In this document: positions 25,025 to 38,353 of the stretch, in pieces
How the letters are laid out: each line of letters opens with the position of its first letter
How positions within the stretch are numbered: the first letter of the stretch is position 1
Source of the DNA: Octopus sinensis
Taxonomy: Eukaryota
Direction: 5' to 3'
Length of the DNA stretch: 64,000 nt
Assembly (NCBI RefSeq): GCF_006345805.1
Contig: NC_042998.1
Coordinates: 75,826,001-75,890,000, forward strand
Made by a program: the position numbers and the translations under genes
Notes under the pieces: generated by a model
Told to the model about the DNA's origin: nothing
Databases searched by the model: none
What the model saw: the letters and a program-made list of their open reading frames with translations, nothing else

Positions 25025-25255
25025 TAACGAAATAATGGCTCAAGAAGTATTTACGTATAATCACAATTTAGGTTTGTTGAAATATGTTAGTCATATTTCG
25101 CTGGGTGTTTTCACACCTTCTTACCATAAGAGAGATCTTTCTCCACGGTAACTGCGGTATATTTGCCTTTTGCATTTGAAATATGTGACAAACATATTTC
25201 AACTAACCTAAATTGTGATTATACGTAAACACTGCTTTGCGCCATTACTTCGTTA
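25025..25255. repeat. Imperfect inverted repeat (~75 bp arms, ~80 bp spacer)
   Basis: taacgaaataatgg...tttacgtataatcacaatttaggtt versus aacctaaattgtgattatacgtaaa...ccattacttcgtta. Confidence 0.8.
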
Positions 25256-25419
25256 ATTAACTTGATCGGGCGATCTACTAGTGCAAATCAGGCAACGTGT
25301 TGGCTGAATTATATATAAAGCTACAAGCTTTATTTAATTTGTCCAGAGTTGCTTCTCTTAGAAACATAATAAACTCGAAACATCGATCTCTGAGATACCC
25401 GCGAGATGGCGACACTGAA

Positions 25420-25780
25420 CGAATTGGGTGTTTTCACATCTTTTTCACGTGAGAGACATTTTTTTTTTCCTTCCGGAGTTTTGTTTCAACGAGGAGGTTT
25501 TTCCCTCTTTCTCAAAGGCTGTCATTACTTTCGAGACAGTACTTGTTGATGCACCAAACATTTCGGTTGTTTTCGTTACGCTAGCGCCTGCCACACGGGC
25601 ACCAACAATTTGACCTCTTTGAAAGTCCGATAGATCTGTCATTTTAATGAATTTCAATTACCTTTTTCTGATGATATCTGAAAAGAAACATCAATTTTAG
25701 CAAAACATATTAAGCAACACTAATAATTAATAAAAAAAAGCATAAAAAATAAACAAGCTTTAGATTCCACATCTAATCAC
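25420..25780 (-). mobile_element. Tc1-like transposon 5' fragment
   Basis: MTDLSDFQRGQIVGARVAGASVTKT...STVSKVM...NSGRK is a Tc1 N-terminal HTH. Confidence 0.8.
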
Positions 25781-26290
25781 ATTGCAGGTAAATGATTCCG
25801 TCTGAAACGTTACGCAAAATGTGTAGTTGAATATGTTGAAGCGGTACTTCCTGCTATTAGCATTAAGTCGTGCCTCATTGCATTGTGCGAATAATATATA
25901 TATTTGATGTTGCTTATACATGGAGGAAACAGAATAACAAACACACACAAAAACAATAATGTAAAAGGATAGATATAATGACGACAACAACAATAATATA
26001 GCTAATAGTAGTAATAAAAGAAACATTGATAAGACGCCGGACAACAATAAATAAATCATAAATGTAAGTAGTGGCCAATGCAGAAAATATTACAAGCCAC
26101 CACGACATCGACGACGACGACGACGACGACGATGACGACGATGACGACGATGATGATGATGATGATGACGAGGGGGGTGAATTGTACTTATTCTTATCTT
26201 ATTTATTTATTTTAATTTTGTTCTATTTATATTTTATACTGTTATCTTTAATTTGATTACTCCCAAGATTATTTTATCATTATTATTATT

Positions 26291-26821
26291 GAGTGAGAGA
26301 GCAGTGCATGCCATCAAAGTGACACGGGGGTAAAATACACGAAGCCCAGTATACCCATCATGACTACCCGTCTGATAAGGATACACTAGGCTCATGAACC
26401 ACAACAGTATGGGCGCATTATGGTGATCTCATACCAAGATAAACAGCACATGACCTTGCAGGTTAGAATTTTCTTCTGGTCGAATAACCCATTCCGCTCA
26501 AAAGGTTCCTGAATAAGGGTTGTTTAAGGATGTAGAACGAAACACTCATGTTTCCAGGGGTGAATTATTCAAACCCCAAAGAATCCCTCTCTACACGTGG
26601 CTGTGATGCTCCCCCGCTATTTCTGCTCGTGATCAAGGATGCACATATCGTCATGCTCAACTGGTTAAAGTCAAACAACTGACAAGCAAATCTGTGGTAT
26701 TGAGCCGAATATTTGCTGTAGCCCATCTTTTATACCAAGACGAATCAATGTACAAGATAATACTTCCGATCACTTAAGATTAGAAGCCACGAGAGCCACT
26801 GCCTGGTACTGCATCATGGCA
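26291..26821 (-). mobile_element. ~530 bp non-coding interspersed element embedded in (TAA)n repeats
   Basis: Sharp GC-richer block flanked on both sides by (TAT/ATT)n with no ORF. Family assignment is inferred. Confidence 0.55.
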
Positions 26822-26861
26822 TTTATTATTATTATCATTATTATTATTATTATTATTATCA

Positions 26862-27692
26862 TTGTCATTTACTTTTAATCTGCATGTTTGATGCAATCAC
26901 TTGCCGGGGCACACCCAGGGCCCTAGGGCAAGTGAAGGTTAAGAGTTGTTGAAATATAGCTGAAAGCTTGGGGAGGGGAAGTAGAGAAATATCTCCATGT
27001 AATACAAACACAAACATTTACATTGATAGGGTTTTTCTAAGGATGTGGGCAGTACTTGTTAGCACAATCTTTTGGATTTCCTTGAGACATGGTTCTCCAG
27101 GGATATTGTCTAGGTGTTTCTGACATCCCTTTATTATCATACCTAGGACACCTACAATGACAGGAACAGTTTTTGTTTTAAGATTCCACATCTTTTGTAT
27201 TTCGATTTCCAGGTCCTTATATTTACTAAGTTTGTCAAATTCCTTTACAGATACATTTTTATCAGTGGGGACGCTTACCTCTATTAGTCTGCAGATATTT
27301 TCTTCCCTGTCTTTAACAATTATGTCTGGTCGATTAGCCTTGATCGTTCTGTCAGTGTTGACTGGAAAATCCCAGAGGATGATGACATCCTTACTTTCAA
27401 CAACTGGCTGAGGATGGTGTTCATACCAGTTAGCAGGAGTGTCGAATTTGTAGTATTTACATATCTTCCAATGTATATACTGTCCTACCCTATCGTGGCG
27501 ATTTTTGTATTCGTTTGGTGTCAGCACAGGACATCCCCAAACGAGATGGTCTATCGTTTCGTCAAATGTGTCGCAGAATCTGCAGGGTCAGTACCGTTTC
27601 GGAGAACGTTAACCTGGTAATTTCTGGTAAACAAGCTTTGATCTTGTGCTGCCATTATGAAGCCTTCAGTCTCTGCTTTCAATCCAGAACTC
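26862..27692 (-). mobile_element. R4/Dong-clade RLE retrotransposon, 5'-truncated, inserted in a (TAA)n microsatellite
   Basis: GLKAETEGFIMAAQDQSL, CCHC remnant (ETIDHLVWGCP), ORF 27018-27527 with NRPDII...LIEVSVP...KLSKYKDL; TAA-type tracts at both ends. Confidence 0.9.
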
Positions 27693-27705
27693 TTATTATT
27701 ATTAT

Positions 27706-27744
<39 letters not shown>

Positions 27745-27811
27745 ACTACTACTACTACTACTACTACTACAACTACTACTACTACTACTACTATTATTAT
27801 TATTATTATTA

Positions 27812-27844
<33 letters not shown>

Positions 27845-27845
27845 T
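27693..27845. repeat. (TAT)n/(TAC)n compound microsatellite
   Basis: Direct reading. Confidence 0.95.
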
Positions 27846-27997
27846 TTCATGGGGTTTGTAATATTTTCTACATTGACCACTACTTATATTTGTGATTTAT
27901 TACTGACCAGTGTCTTATCAAAGCCGCTTGTACCACTACTATGAGTTTTACTTTTGTTGTTGTTGTTGTTCTTGTTCTTGTTGTTATATACCTCCAA

Positions 27998-28210
27998 ATG
28001 TGGTGATCTGGCAGAATCGTTAGTATGCCGGGCGAAAAGCTTACCGGTGTTTCGTCTGCCGCTACGTTCTGAGTTCAAATTCCGCCGAGATCGACTTTGC
28101 CTTTCATCCTTTCGGGGTCGATTAAATAAATACCAGATACGCACTGGGGTCGGTGTAATCAACTTACTCCCTTACCCCAAGCTGCCCCTGTGGCAAAAAT
28201 GTGAAACCAT
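27998..28210 (+). mobile_element. Meta-domain tRNA SINE
   Basis: Same head, B box (gagttcaaattcc) and central domain as 10760-10993. Confidence 0.8.
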
Positions 28211-29782
28211 TATTATACACCTCCAGTTACGCATAGTACAGACTGTATTGCAACAAAATGAAACCCACCCATGTTGTTCTCATTGATTATTACATTTACT
28301 TACTCTCACAAGTTTGATGTTAAGATAAATATATATTCGTATACAGAAATAATTAACTTCAGTTGAAATCTACTTTTCTTGTGTTCAATAATACATTGCT
28401 AAAAACAGATACACGAAGCATAAATACTTCTTCCTTTGACTATTTAATATCTCCATTATCATCACATTTCAGGTGAAACATGAAAGCACACGAGTCACCA
28501 TCATCCTGTTAATGTGACACTAATTCACGTATTAAGCTGTCTTTTCTTTTTTATTATCTTTATCCACTATATACACTAAGATAAAATTCCTAAATCTCTT
28601 ATAATGAACAATTTCATAAATATAAGCATAATTTTGTTGTTTGTTACTTTTTTTATATGTTGCACATTGACCACAAATACGTGTTTTATATCAACCTCTC
28701 TCGTCGACGTGTTCAATGCATCTTATATTTTTTTCTAATTATGATTATTACAGCAATTTTTAATAAACAGAACCTTAAACTTAAAATTGCCTCATAATTG
28801 GTTACTTTTAAAATGAATATGAGCCATTCATGATTTTTGTCCATTATGCGACTTATAATTTGGTCTACTTATGGTGAATATAGCTTTCCTATTGAATAAC
28901 ATAAAATCTGTTATTGAAGCCAAGTTTAGTTTTATTTCAACCTCTGGAATAAAAATGTCTTTGTTAATAGAAAATAATAGATAGATGGGAATTGTAAACG
29001 AGAAACGCTAGGGAAATTGCAGCAAAAACAAGTAATGCACCGAATATGTTTTCTTTCAACAAAGACATATTTATTCTAGACATTGAAATAAAAACTGAAC
29101 ATGTTTGTAATAAAATTTTAGTATCATATTTTACATTATTAACTAAAACTACATCATACGTAGATCTAAATTAAGAGAGGTAAAGTAATTGAAACTGAGA
29201 TGGTTGTTGTAAGTCAAATTATCTACGGGATGATTATATAGTGACTACCCTAACCTGTTTACACGAGGAACTGTTTCAAAGAAAAGACTGTAAGAGCCAT
29301 AACTTCACTTTGTCCAACTGACGTTTTATCTCCTGCACGGCGTTTCCGAAAGTTATTGTAATAGTTAGAGCATCGGTATAAATAATTTTCGGCTATTTGG
29401 ATTCTTGCTGATTTCAAATTTGGTTTCCGTTCTTTCGGGGTCGATAAAAAGAATCAGTCTAAACGCGAAGATCGATAGTATCAGCTAACATCTCCCCTAT
29501 AAATTCCTTCCCTTGTACCAAAATCAGAAACTATTTGAGGTGGCGAACTGCTAGAAAGTCGGAAAAAAGGTTTTGTGGTATTTTTTCTGGCTCTATGCAT
29601 TCTGAGTTCAGATCCTTTTTCATCCTTCCAGAGTCGACAAAATGAAATGTCAGTCAAGTACTGAGCTTCATGGTATAGAGAGATGTTCTCCCCTCGAAAT
29701 TACGGACTTAAATTAGAAACAATAGCAACACTTTTTTTTCTTCAGGATAAAAACAAATATTATCAATATACTACCATTAAAA

Positions 29783-30005
29783 AGGCGACGAGCTGGCAGA
29801 ATCGTTATCACGCCGGGCAAGATGCTTAACGGCATTTCATCCACCTTTCTACCTTTACGTTCTGAGTTCAAACTCTGTCGAGGTCGACGTGGCCTTTTAT
29901 CCTCTCTGGATCGATAAATTAAATACCAGTTGAGCACTGGTGTCGATGTAATCGACTTACATCCTCCTCCAAACTTGCTGACCCGTGCTAAAATTTGAAA
30001 CCAAT
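29783..30005 (+). mobile_element. Meta-domain tRNA SINE (further decayed copies at ~29390-29700 and ~30070-30240)
   Basis: ggcgacgagctggcagaatcgttatcacgccggg...gagttcaaac. Confidence 0.75.
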
Positions 30006-30524
30006 ATACTACTATTCATTGAACAGATCTCTCCCTATCGATTTTTATCAGTATCTTGCCGATTATAACTGGCAGAATCGATAAGGCGTCAAGCAAAGCA
30101 TCACGTGGCATTTTGTTACGTCTTTTTATGTTCCGGAATAAAATTCTGCTAAGGTCGAATTTCTCCCTCATCCTATTAGAATAGAATAAGTGCTATTCAA
30201 ATACTGATGTCGATATAATTGACGAAACTCTCCTCCAAAATTATGTAATGTTACGTCCCTTTAAAAAAACATATTATTCATCGATATTCATCCCATTTGG
30301 TTTTTATATTTTTTATTGTTCTCGTTGTTAATGCTGTGACTTATGTAATACGGTTGACTATTTTCTTTCAAACAAATATTTTAGAGATTAATTTTAACTG
30401 TAGTGAAGGCAGGTCCACATGGAATTTTCATATAGAGTCATTATTAATGACACTCAGAAGCAATTTCCTGTTCATACTCAATAACCAATATTACAGTATG
30501 AGAATGCGATAAACCCTCTTCCAT

Positions 30525-30655
30525 TTTCTCTTCTTCTTCTTCTTCTTCTTCTTCTTCTTCTTCTTCTTCTTCTTCTTTTCTTCTTCTTCTTCTCCTCCTC
30601 CTCCTCCTCCTCCTTCTTCTTCTTCTTTTCCTCCTCCTCCTCCTTCTTCTTTTAC
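30525..30655. repeat. (CTT)n/(CCT)n pyrimidine-rich microsatellite
   Basis: Direct reading. Confidence 0.9.
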
Positions 30656-31056
30656 TCCTGCTTCTTCTATTCCTCTTTCTTCTTTACCTCTTTTATCCAT
30701 ATATGTACATATACTAAACCAATCGTTGAGCTTCCTTACAAAACTTTGAACGGTCTTATCCTATCACATACACAACCAACACACCTAAAAATACATGCAG
30801 AGTACATTTTTCAGCTTCATGCGACGAGCTACTAGCGAAACTTCGAAGTCACTGTCAATAAAATTATCAATATCTGGTTCTACACTTATATTGAGCCTTT
30901 TATGTATGTAATGGTCACAGGTCTTATACTTATAAAAATATCTTTAACGCACCCTTCCACTTTCTCTATATATATGTATGCGTGTGCATGCATGCGTGTA
31001 TGTGTATTCATATATTTATTCATATATGTATATATGCGTGTATGTATATATATATA

Positions 31057-31102
<46 letters not shown>

Positions 31103-31262
31103 TGAGAAAGTTGGTTTGTGAAAACACGTGGTTGAATATATAGAAAATAGTAAAAAGTGAAAAGACTACAGAAGGCTTGTTTTAAAAGGTTAAAAAATAT
31201 ATATTTGAGTCAATATGTCTGAAGAATATTATAAATTTTTTTCTTACAATGACATAGTTTAG

Positions 31263-31302
31263 AAGAAATGACCGGTTTCGCGTTTAGCTTTTCAAATTTC
31301 TT
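31263..31302 (-). ncRNA. Minimal type I hammerhead, U3:A8 core variant
   Basis: AAGAAAU-UUGAAAA-GC(uaaac)GC-GAA-ACCGGU-C/AUUUCUU. Perfect 7 bp stem I, GUC triplet, palindromic stem III. Confidence 0.7.
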
Positions 31303-31411
31303 ACGTCGTTATGTTTATGTTGAGAAGAGTTATCGTTATGTTTATGTTGAAGAGAGTTCTAGATAAGGGGAGGTAATAAGTGATTTCTTCCGGTGTAAGG
31401 GAGATAATCGC

Positions 31412-32233
31412 TTAAAATTTTTTGCCTTTCCTTTGGGGTGAATTCCTCTGTATAAGTATGTTGGAATGGTTAAGTCTGGGCTTGTACTTTTCAATGAAGA
31501 ATGTTTCCTTGTTTAGTCTAATTTGTGTTGGTGTTCCGATAGCACATTGGTAAAATGGAAAGATTAAAAATTGTGGTAGTAGTTGCTTTGCGCATTTCTC
31601 AATGTGCTCACTAAAAGGTATCATTCCGCATTCTGGGAATGCAATCTGTTGTCGATGCAGTGTGCATCTACGTCTGAGTGATAGTCCCGTGGATCCCACG
31701 TAGTCTTGGTGGCATCCCGAGCATTTTATGACATAAATTATGTTTTCAGAGGCACAAGTAAAATTAGATTTGATCTTGAATTTCTGTCCCTCTTTGAAGA
31801 GGAATTCTGATCCTTCTAGCAGCTTTGGACATGTTGCACAGTTCGGTCTACCACATTTTTTTACTTTTGCTTCCGTAATTTCAGAAAGTAATTTTGCCTT
31901 TGTGAGAATCTTTTTAAGTGATTTAGGTTGTTTGTAGCTTTTAATTATTTGGTGTATGCTTAGAATTTCCTTTAATTTGGGGTCCTTATGAAGTATTGGT
32001 AAATTCTGGGTGATGATGGTGAAGGCTTCTTTGTTTCTGGGGTTGTATGTGGATATGTAAGGTAGTATTTTCTGGGAAGGTGTGTTGTTGTGTTGAACTT
32101 TTCTTAAAGTTTCTATGTTGATTTCTGTTGCACGTCTGATCCCATCCTCTATGAGTTGAGCTGGGTAATGTCTGTCAATTAGGATGTTTTTGAGTTCTTG
32201 CAGTCTAAAGTTCCTGGTATTTTGTTCTGACAC
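31412..32233 (-). pseudogene. Penelope RT thumb plus GIY-YIG endonuclease (273 aa open fragment)
   Basis: CGRPNCATC; NIIYVIKCSGCHQDYVGSTG...RRRCTLHRQQI; ETFFIEKYKPRLN. Frameshifted from the upstream RT piece. Confidence 0.9.
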
Positions 32234-32932
32234 TATTGTGCATATCCTTCTTGCAAGGTTGAAGGGGATGTTTGTTTTAGTGTGTCTTGGGTGGCATGAA
32301 TTAAAAAGAAGGTATTGTTTGGCGTCTGTGGCTTTGTAAAAAAATGTCTGTTTTTATTTTAAGGTTAATTTTTTTAATTAGTATATCCAAGAATGGGAGC
32401 TCCTTTTGGTTGTATTCCATTGTGAACTGTATATTTGGGTTTATGCTGTTCAATAGGATTTTAAATTTTAGGAGTTTATCTGTGTTTTCGTTCCAGGGTA
32501 TAAAACAATCTTCCAGGAATCGTTTCCAATTCTCTTTTATGTATTTGAGAGAGGGGGTTTCCAAAGATTGATAAAGATTCCTGGTAAATGATTATTTCCA
32601 GGTAGCCCATTGTTAGGTTCGCAATGACTGGTGCTGCCCTCTCTAGGATGTCTGGAAAACATATATGTTATTTAGCTGGTGAATACTGGATATTTGTATT
32701 TGCTGCAATATTTGCAGCTTCAAATAAAATTGCTCTTAGTATGAAACAATTGTACTAAACTACTAATCCATTCTTGTTGCATTTTTCTTGGTCATAATCA
32801 CCCCATATTATTTTATGGTTAATACCATAAAGAATTCTGGTGCATCTAAGTTAAGTACCATATTCATTTGAATTCATTGGAATTCACTTGAATCTTAATT
32901 GTTTTTGCTGTATATATATTTATATTTATATA

Positions 32933-32984
<52 letters not shown>

Positions 32985-33089
32985 TTATTTAAATATATAT
33001 ATATAATATATATATATATATACATTTTTCTCTTTTTTTAGTTTCAGCTCAGAGCGGCGGCCATACTGATGTACCGCCGTTTTGTGCTA

Positions 33090-33620
33090 CACTGTTATTA
33101 CTAGGGGCCTGCTGTAATATGTGGCACTTATAGCTACCCTCATTTGCACCTCTTGCCGTGAGGTAGGTTCATCTGGGACCCTCGACAGGAAGAGGTCCAG
33201 CTTTGATTTAAATACTGCTACATCTACGTTGTGCAAGTTCCTCAGACTCTTTGAGAGAATATTAAAAAGCTGTGGGCCTTTGAAACCCAGACTGTTGCAG
33301 AAGCTGGTCCTGAAGCGTGATAGCATTGCTGGGATTTTTGGCACTATGCATTGTTATCCCGTTCTAGCATTGGTGTAGCTTTCAATGCCAAAATTTGGCA
33401 CAATTCCTTCTAGGATCTTCTAGATATATATTACTGCACACCTCTCCCGTCTTCTCTCCAGGGAGTAGAGTCTTAGCTGTTTCAACCTTTCCCAATAGCT
33501 GAGCTGTTGCAAAGAGACGATCTTCTTTGTGAACTTCTCTGCATTGCTTCAGGGTCCGCTGTTAATTTCACACTGGTGGGTGACCATAACTGTGAGTAGT
33601 AATCCAGGCGGCTATGAATG
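33090..33620 (-). mobile_element. CR1/L2-group LINE 3' fragment
   Basis: LDYYSQLWSP, LYSLERRRER, CNSLGFKGPQLFNIL, FKSKLDLFLSRVPDEP. Confidence 0.8.
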
Positions 33621-33754
33621 TATGCATACATCCATTTATGTATATAAATGTTTATATGTGCACATATAAAAATGTTTGTATGTGTATGTATATGCAAATA
33701 TGTATGTATGTATATGTAAATACGTATGTATACTTGCATATATGTATAAACACA

Positions 33755-34254
33755 CTGTGAAGGATCAAAAGTTTTGCAATATTTTAGTAACTTATTTGCT
33801 TTATTTGTCAACTTACAACAAAAACAGCCTATAGCACTCAAAATAGAGGCCATTGGATTAATCCGTCTGAAACCTCCTTTCTTCCACCAGACACGGACCA
33901 TCACTTTGTATTCGAAAAAGCCATGTTTGGTGACAGGTTCCGGAAGCTGACCCTTGTTTAACCAGTGGTTAAGCACGTTTAGATTACGGAAAAATATCTC
34001 TCTCTGATAACTACTTGTTCCGATCCTTCATTCACTTTCTACGCTTTCAACCAATAGGAAGTGGAAGCTTCAATGAAGTTCTTCACCCCGAAGGACGACA
34101 GCTAGAATCAGCGTGGGTTAAAATATGTGGCACAAAGGTGGCTTCAGACGGTGCAACACGATAGTCTCTACTTTGAATGCGAGGCTACTTTTGTTGTAAC
34201 ACGACGCATAAAATTAAATTACCAAAATATTACACAATTGTTGACGCAACGCAC
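33755..34254 (-). mobile_element. Internally deleted mariner derivative (~500 bp MITE)
   Basis: Degenerate terminal inverted similarity (tcaaaagttttgcaatattttagtaa / ttaccaaaatattacacaattgttga); internal WLNKGQLPEPVTK...KVMVRVWW transposase fragment. Confidence 0.55.
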
Positions 34255-34274
34255 CATTTCAAACATACACATTT

Positions 34275-34358
<84 letters not shown>

Positions 34359-35117
34359 GTATGTTTGTATGCATTTATGTATACAATAACGAAAAGCAGA
34401 TCTTTCACATTAATCCTTTCAGGGGTATCAACTTGTTGCTCAAAGTATCTGCTGTAGTAATTACAGTTGAAAGTACTGAAGTTTATGCTCTACAATGTGT
34501 GTGTTCTGCTATTAAGTCTACAACCCTCACTCCACGCTAGAATTATTCGTATGCATTTCTGTTTGGTAATATATTTCCTTTATCTTCCACATGTTTACAT
34601 AAAGCAATAAGTGTGAGGTTTGGGGCAATGTTTTGAATGTTTTGTCATTTATCACCACAAAATCTTACTGCCATTGAATACATGGAACAAAACTTCTGTC
34701 GGAGAATTTTCCCACCAATATTGCTATTACTATTTATTTTTTTCTTTCATTTATGGATATTTCAAACATACAGATATCGTGTCCAAAATTATTGCAACGG
34801 CCTCGTCATAGCAACCAAAGCAGATTGCATTTGCTTATCACTCAGATCAGGCAAAAAAATCAATAAATGACTGCTTCAGATGCCCAGCAAAGGTAGACAG
34901 GTCTCTTTTCACTTCAAAATCCTTTAAGTGTGTCGAGCAAATAACATAAATAAGTATGTGTTGCAGAATGGATTGACGTCAACATTTTTGCCAAATGGAA
35001 GTGGTTTTCTTGATGTTTTGTGAAGTTTTTCCCATGTTCTCATTTCTTTTGTTTAGCACACTTAAAGTTCTGTGTTCTATACATTTATATTGCATATGTA
35101 CCAATACATGTGTGTGT

Positions 35118-35182
<65 letters not shown>

Positions 35183-35580
35183 GTATAAATAGACAAATAG
35201 ATAGCTACACACATACGCACACACATGCACACACATTGATATAGCTATAGATATGCAATGAAAACCGGTTGTGATAATAAGTATAATGTTAGGATTTGGT
35301 TATTGTTATCAAAATTAGAGGCTCCCAAGCTATTTGCTTTATGTTATCAACCGTTTTTTATTACTGTCGAATTGGCTTCGTGTCAAAGCGGCATTCACAG
35401 TATATATATTCTTTTATCGTTTATGCATTTCAGCCCAAAGGTTGTGGCCATGCTGGGGCACTGCCAATATTATCCCATTTTCAATGGTCATTCCAAAACG
35501 GGCCTAGCAAGTTGCTAAAGCGAACTCTGTACTTCTCTAATTCCAGCTGAGCGCTCTAGACCATTGAGCTAATACATATG

Positions 35581-35636
<56 letters not shown>

Positions 35637-35643
35637 CACATAA

Positions 35644-35686
<43 letters not shown>

Positions 35687-36129
35687 GACGTATATATAGA
35701 GATAAATATACCTATATATATATATATATATACATTCCATACAAATATATGTGTATACACACACTCATGCATATATATATATATAGAAGGGAAAATAAAT
35801 CGTAAAGTTGGATTATTAAAAAAATTTGGTTCGTGGTCTTTTAAAATAAAACGAGGTTGTTTGGGATCAAAAGGTTCAGTCTTCATCTGTCAGTTATATT
35901 TATCCATATAGAAATAACTTGCTAGCGTTCCCTTTACATCATATACGCGGTAATCACATTCGGTTAAAATGGCTTATTGATGTGTTTTGTTCCTGTTTTT
36001 TCCTGACGGGATGATTGCATTGTTTTACATCATTTTCGTTCCTTCCGGAATAATCTCAATGCTTTTTTCGAAACATATGTTGGAAGTATGAATGATTTGA
36101 ATAACACCTTCGTTTGACTTCATTTCCTA

Positions 36130-36196
<67 letters not shown>

Positions 36197-36201
<5 letters not shown>

Positions 36202-37690
36202 ATAATAAATATTAGGGAATAAATCCAAATTTACAGGGAAAAATCAGATTTAGGATTAAATCCAATTTTATAGTAAAATATTATAAAATATTATTAGAGA
36301 CAAAACCACTATTTTGCAAAACAAACAAGGAAAGACTTAATCAATACATAAAATTTTAATAAATAGTCAAAAAAACCGCCACTACAATCGTTTCTTGTCT
36401 TGATCGACAATCTTCAGGTGGACTTCCAATCTAAAAAATCAATATTTTAAAATATAAAAATAATAATTTTAAAATAATTAAAGTATGAATGAAAAAATAT
36501 AAGTATATAATCCATATATAACCTATATATAATCCATATATAATCAATATATAAACAATATATAAACTAAAAAAAACCTATCAACAATTAAATATAAATA
36601 TAAACTATAAAATATAAAATATAAAATATAAAACAAAACAAAAAAATAATAATAATAATATAATAATAAACTATATATACACCCATACACATATACCTAA
36701 TTATATATAACCATATCTAACTACATACACTAAATCACACACCTATATATATATCCCTATACATACACATAAAAACGTCTAGGCAACTATAAATAAATAA
36801 AATAGCTAAATACTTCAACACAATACTTATTCATACTCCCACACACACACACATACAACCCACATTCACGCTCTAGAAAACGGACATCACTCAAAACTAT
36901 GAACAGAGAAATGGAATAAATGGAATTAAAAATTATATTCACTTGGTAAAAACGAACACTACTTAAAAATTATGAATGAAACAATGCAATAAAACAACAT
37001 ACATCGCAAATAGACACAAATTACTACGAATTCCTTAACAAACCTATCATGATAAACCAAAAACTCATAAAAACATATATGATAAAATCTCCCTTTACTA
37101 AACTCTATAACAAACCTATATAGCAATCCCCCTAACCTAAACATTCACACACAAATACACACACGTAAACCACACACCCACGACATATACAAATACCCAC
37201 ACCACTTACACATACCAATACATACATATAAACCTCAACATATACTCCAAAAACCCACTCAACCCCACACAGACAAATAAACACAAAAATTATGAATGGA
37301 TTCTTTTATAAAACTACCATGATAAACTAAAACTCACAAAACAGAAATGATAAAACCTCCCTTTACTAAACACTATAACATACTTATATAGCAATCACTT
37401 TAACCTATACATTCACACACAAAAACACCCACGTAAACCACACACCCATAACAAATACAAACACCCACCCCACTCACACACACCCACAAGTACATATAAG
37501 CCTCAACATATACACCAAACAAAATTACTTTACCAAGGAACTTAACATATGTATAAAAAGTATAACCGCTCTGGAAACGAACATCTCTAAATTAATGAAT
37601 GGAGAAATGGAATAAATGGAATTAAAAATAATATTCACGTGGCAAAACGAACACCACTCAAAAATTATGAATGAAACAATGTAATAATAT
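36197..37690. mobile_element. Non-coding Penelope-type element between two (TA)n tracts, with HHR, internal duplications and a strongly G-poor plus strand
   Basis: HHR at 36379-36421. Duplications 36870-36990/37570-37690 and 37020-37260/37288-37520. Confidence 0.65.
36379..36421 (-). ncRNA. Canonical minimal type I hammerhead
   Basis: CCAC-CUGAAGA-UUGUC(gaucaa)GACAA-GAA-AC(gauu)GU-A/GUGG. Confidence 0.85.
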
Positions 37691-37715
37691 ATAATAATAT
37701 ATATATATATATATA

Positions 37716-38130
37716 CTAGTAGCTAAGCCCGGTTTCAACTGGTCGGTTTGGATGATGTAGCTGTAAAACCTGCTCTGTGTAAGCATTCGACTTGTCAAAA
37801 CGCTAAAAATAACTGACCAACAAAAAAAAAACAACCAGGATTCAACCAAATCAAAAAATAAACCCAAATACTAAGCGAGCAAAGATGAACAATCCTACTT
37901 CCATTATGCGCGCACAGGCACACACACACACACACACACACCTTCACATACCCCTTTTTTCATACACGCATATATATTCACACAGAGTTGAAATGCTTTT
38001 GATTTATTTTTATCAGCGTACAATTTTCATCATCCCGCTACCAAGTATGATATCACTCCTTCCTTCCTTATTCATCTATCGTTCTTTCCTTTCTCATTCA
38101 TAAACACACGAGTATTATTATAGTAGATTA
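37716..38130 (+). mobile_element. Possible non-autonomous Helitron/Helentron-type element
   Basis: Starts tactagtagctaagcccgg and ends ttattatagtagat; weak terminal resemblance only. Confidence 0.35.
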
Positions 38131-38271
38131 TCTCAGTAACCATGGGAGCTATGAAAAATAAAAAGCCCAGCATTACCACCAGATCTTTCTACACATGTGT
38201 AATTTTTCGCGCAATTCCACCCAGCCGTTTGACCGTGAATCCCAAGACAAGAAAGAATCACCCACATTAAA

Positions 38272-38353
<82 letters not shown>

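Larger units (their letters stand above)
31102..32645 (-). mobile_element. 5'-truncated Penelope-like retroelement with 3'UTR hammerhead, ending in (TA)n
   Basis: RAAPVIANLTMGYLE, WKRFLEDCFI (catalytic DD changed to ED), NPNIQFTME...LPFLDI, then the GIY-YIG ORF 31412-32233. Confidence 0.92.

Noticed and set aside
26770-26821. Possible HDV-like ribozyme (gcucucguggc) at the 5' end of the TAA-embedded element
   Set aside because: I could not build P1, P2 and J4/2 consistently by eye; needs an RNArobo search
36041-36086. cuucc...GAAACAUAUGUU-ggaag with apparent stem I and stem III
   Set aside because: The 5' core reads ggaauaa and cannot be matched to any 3-8 variant
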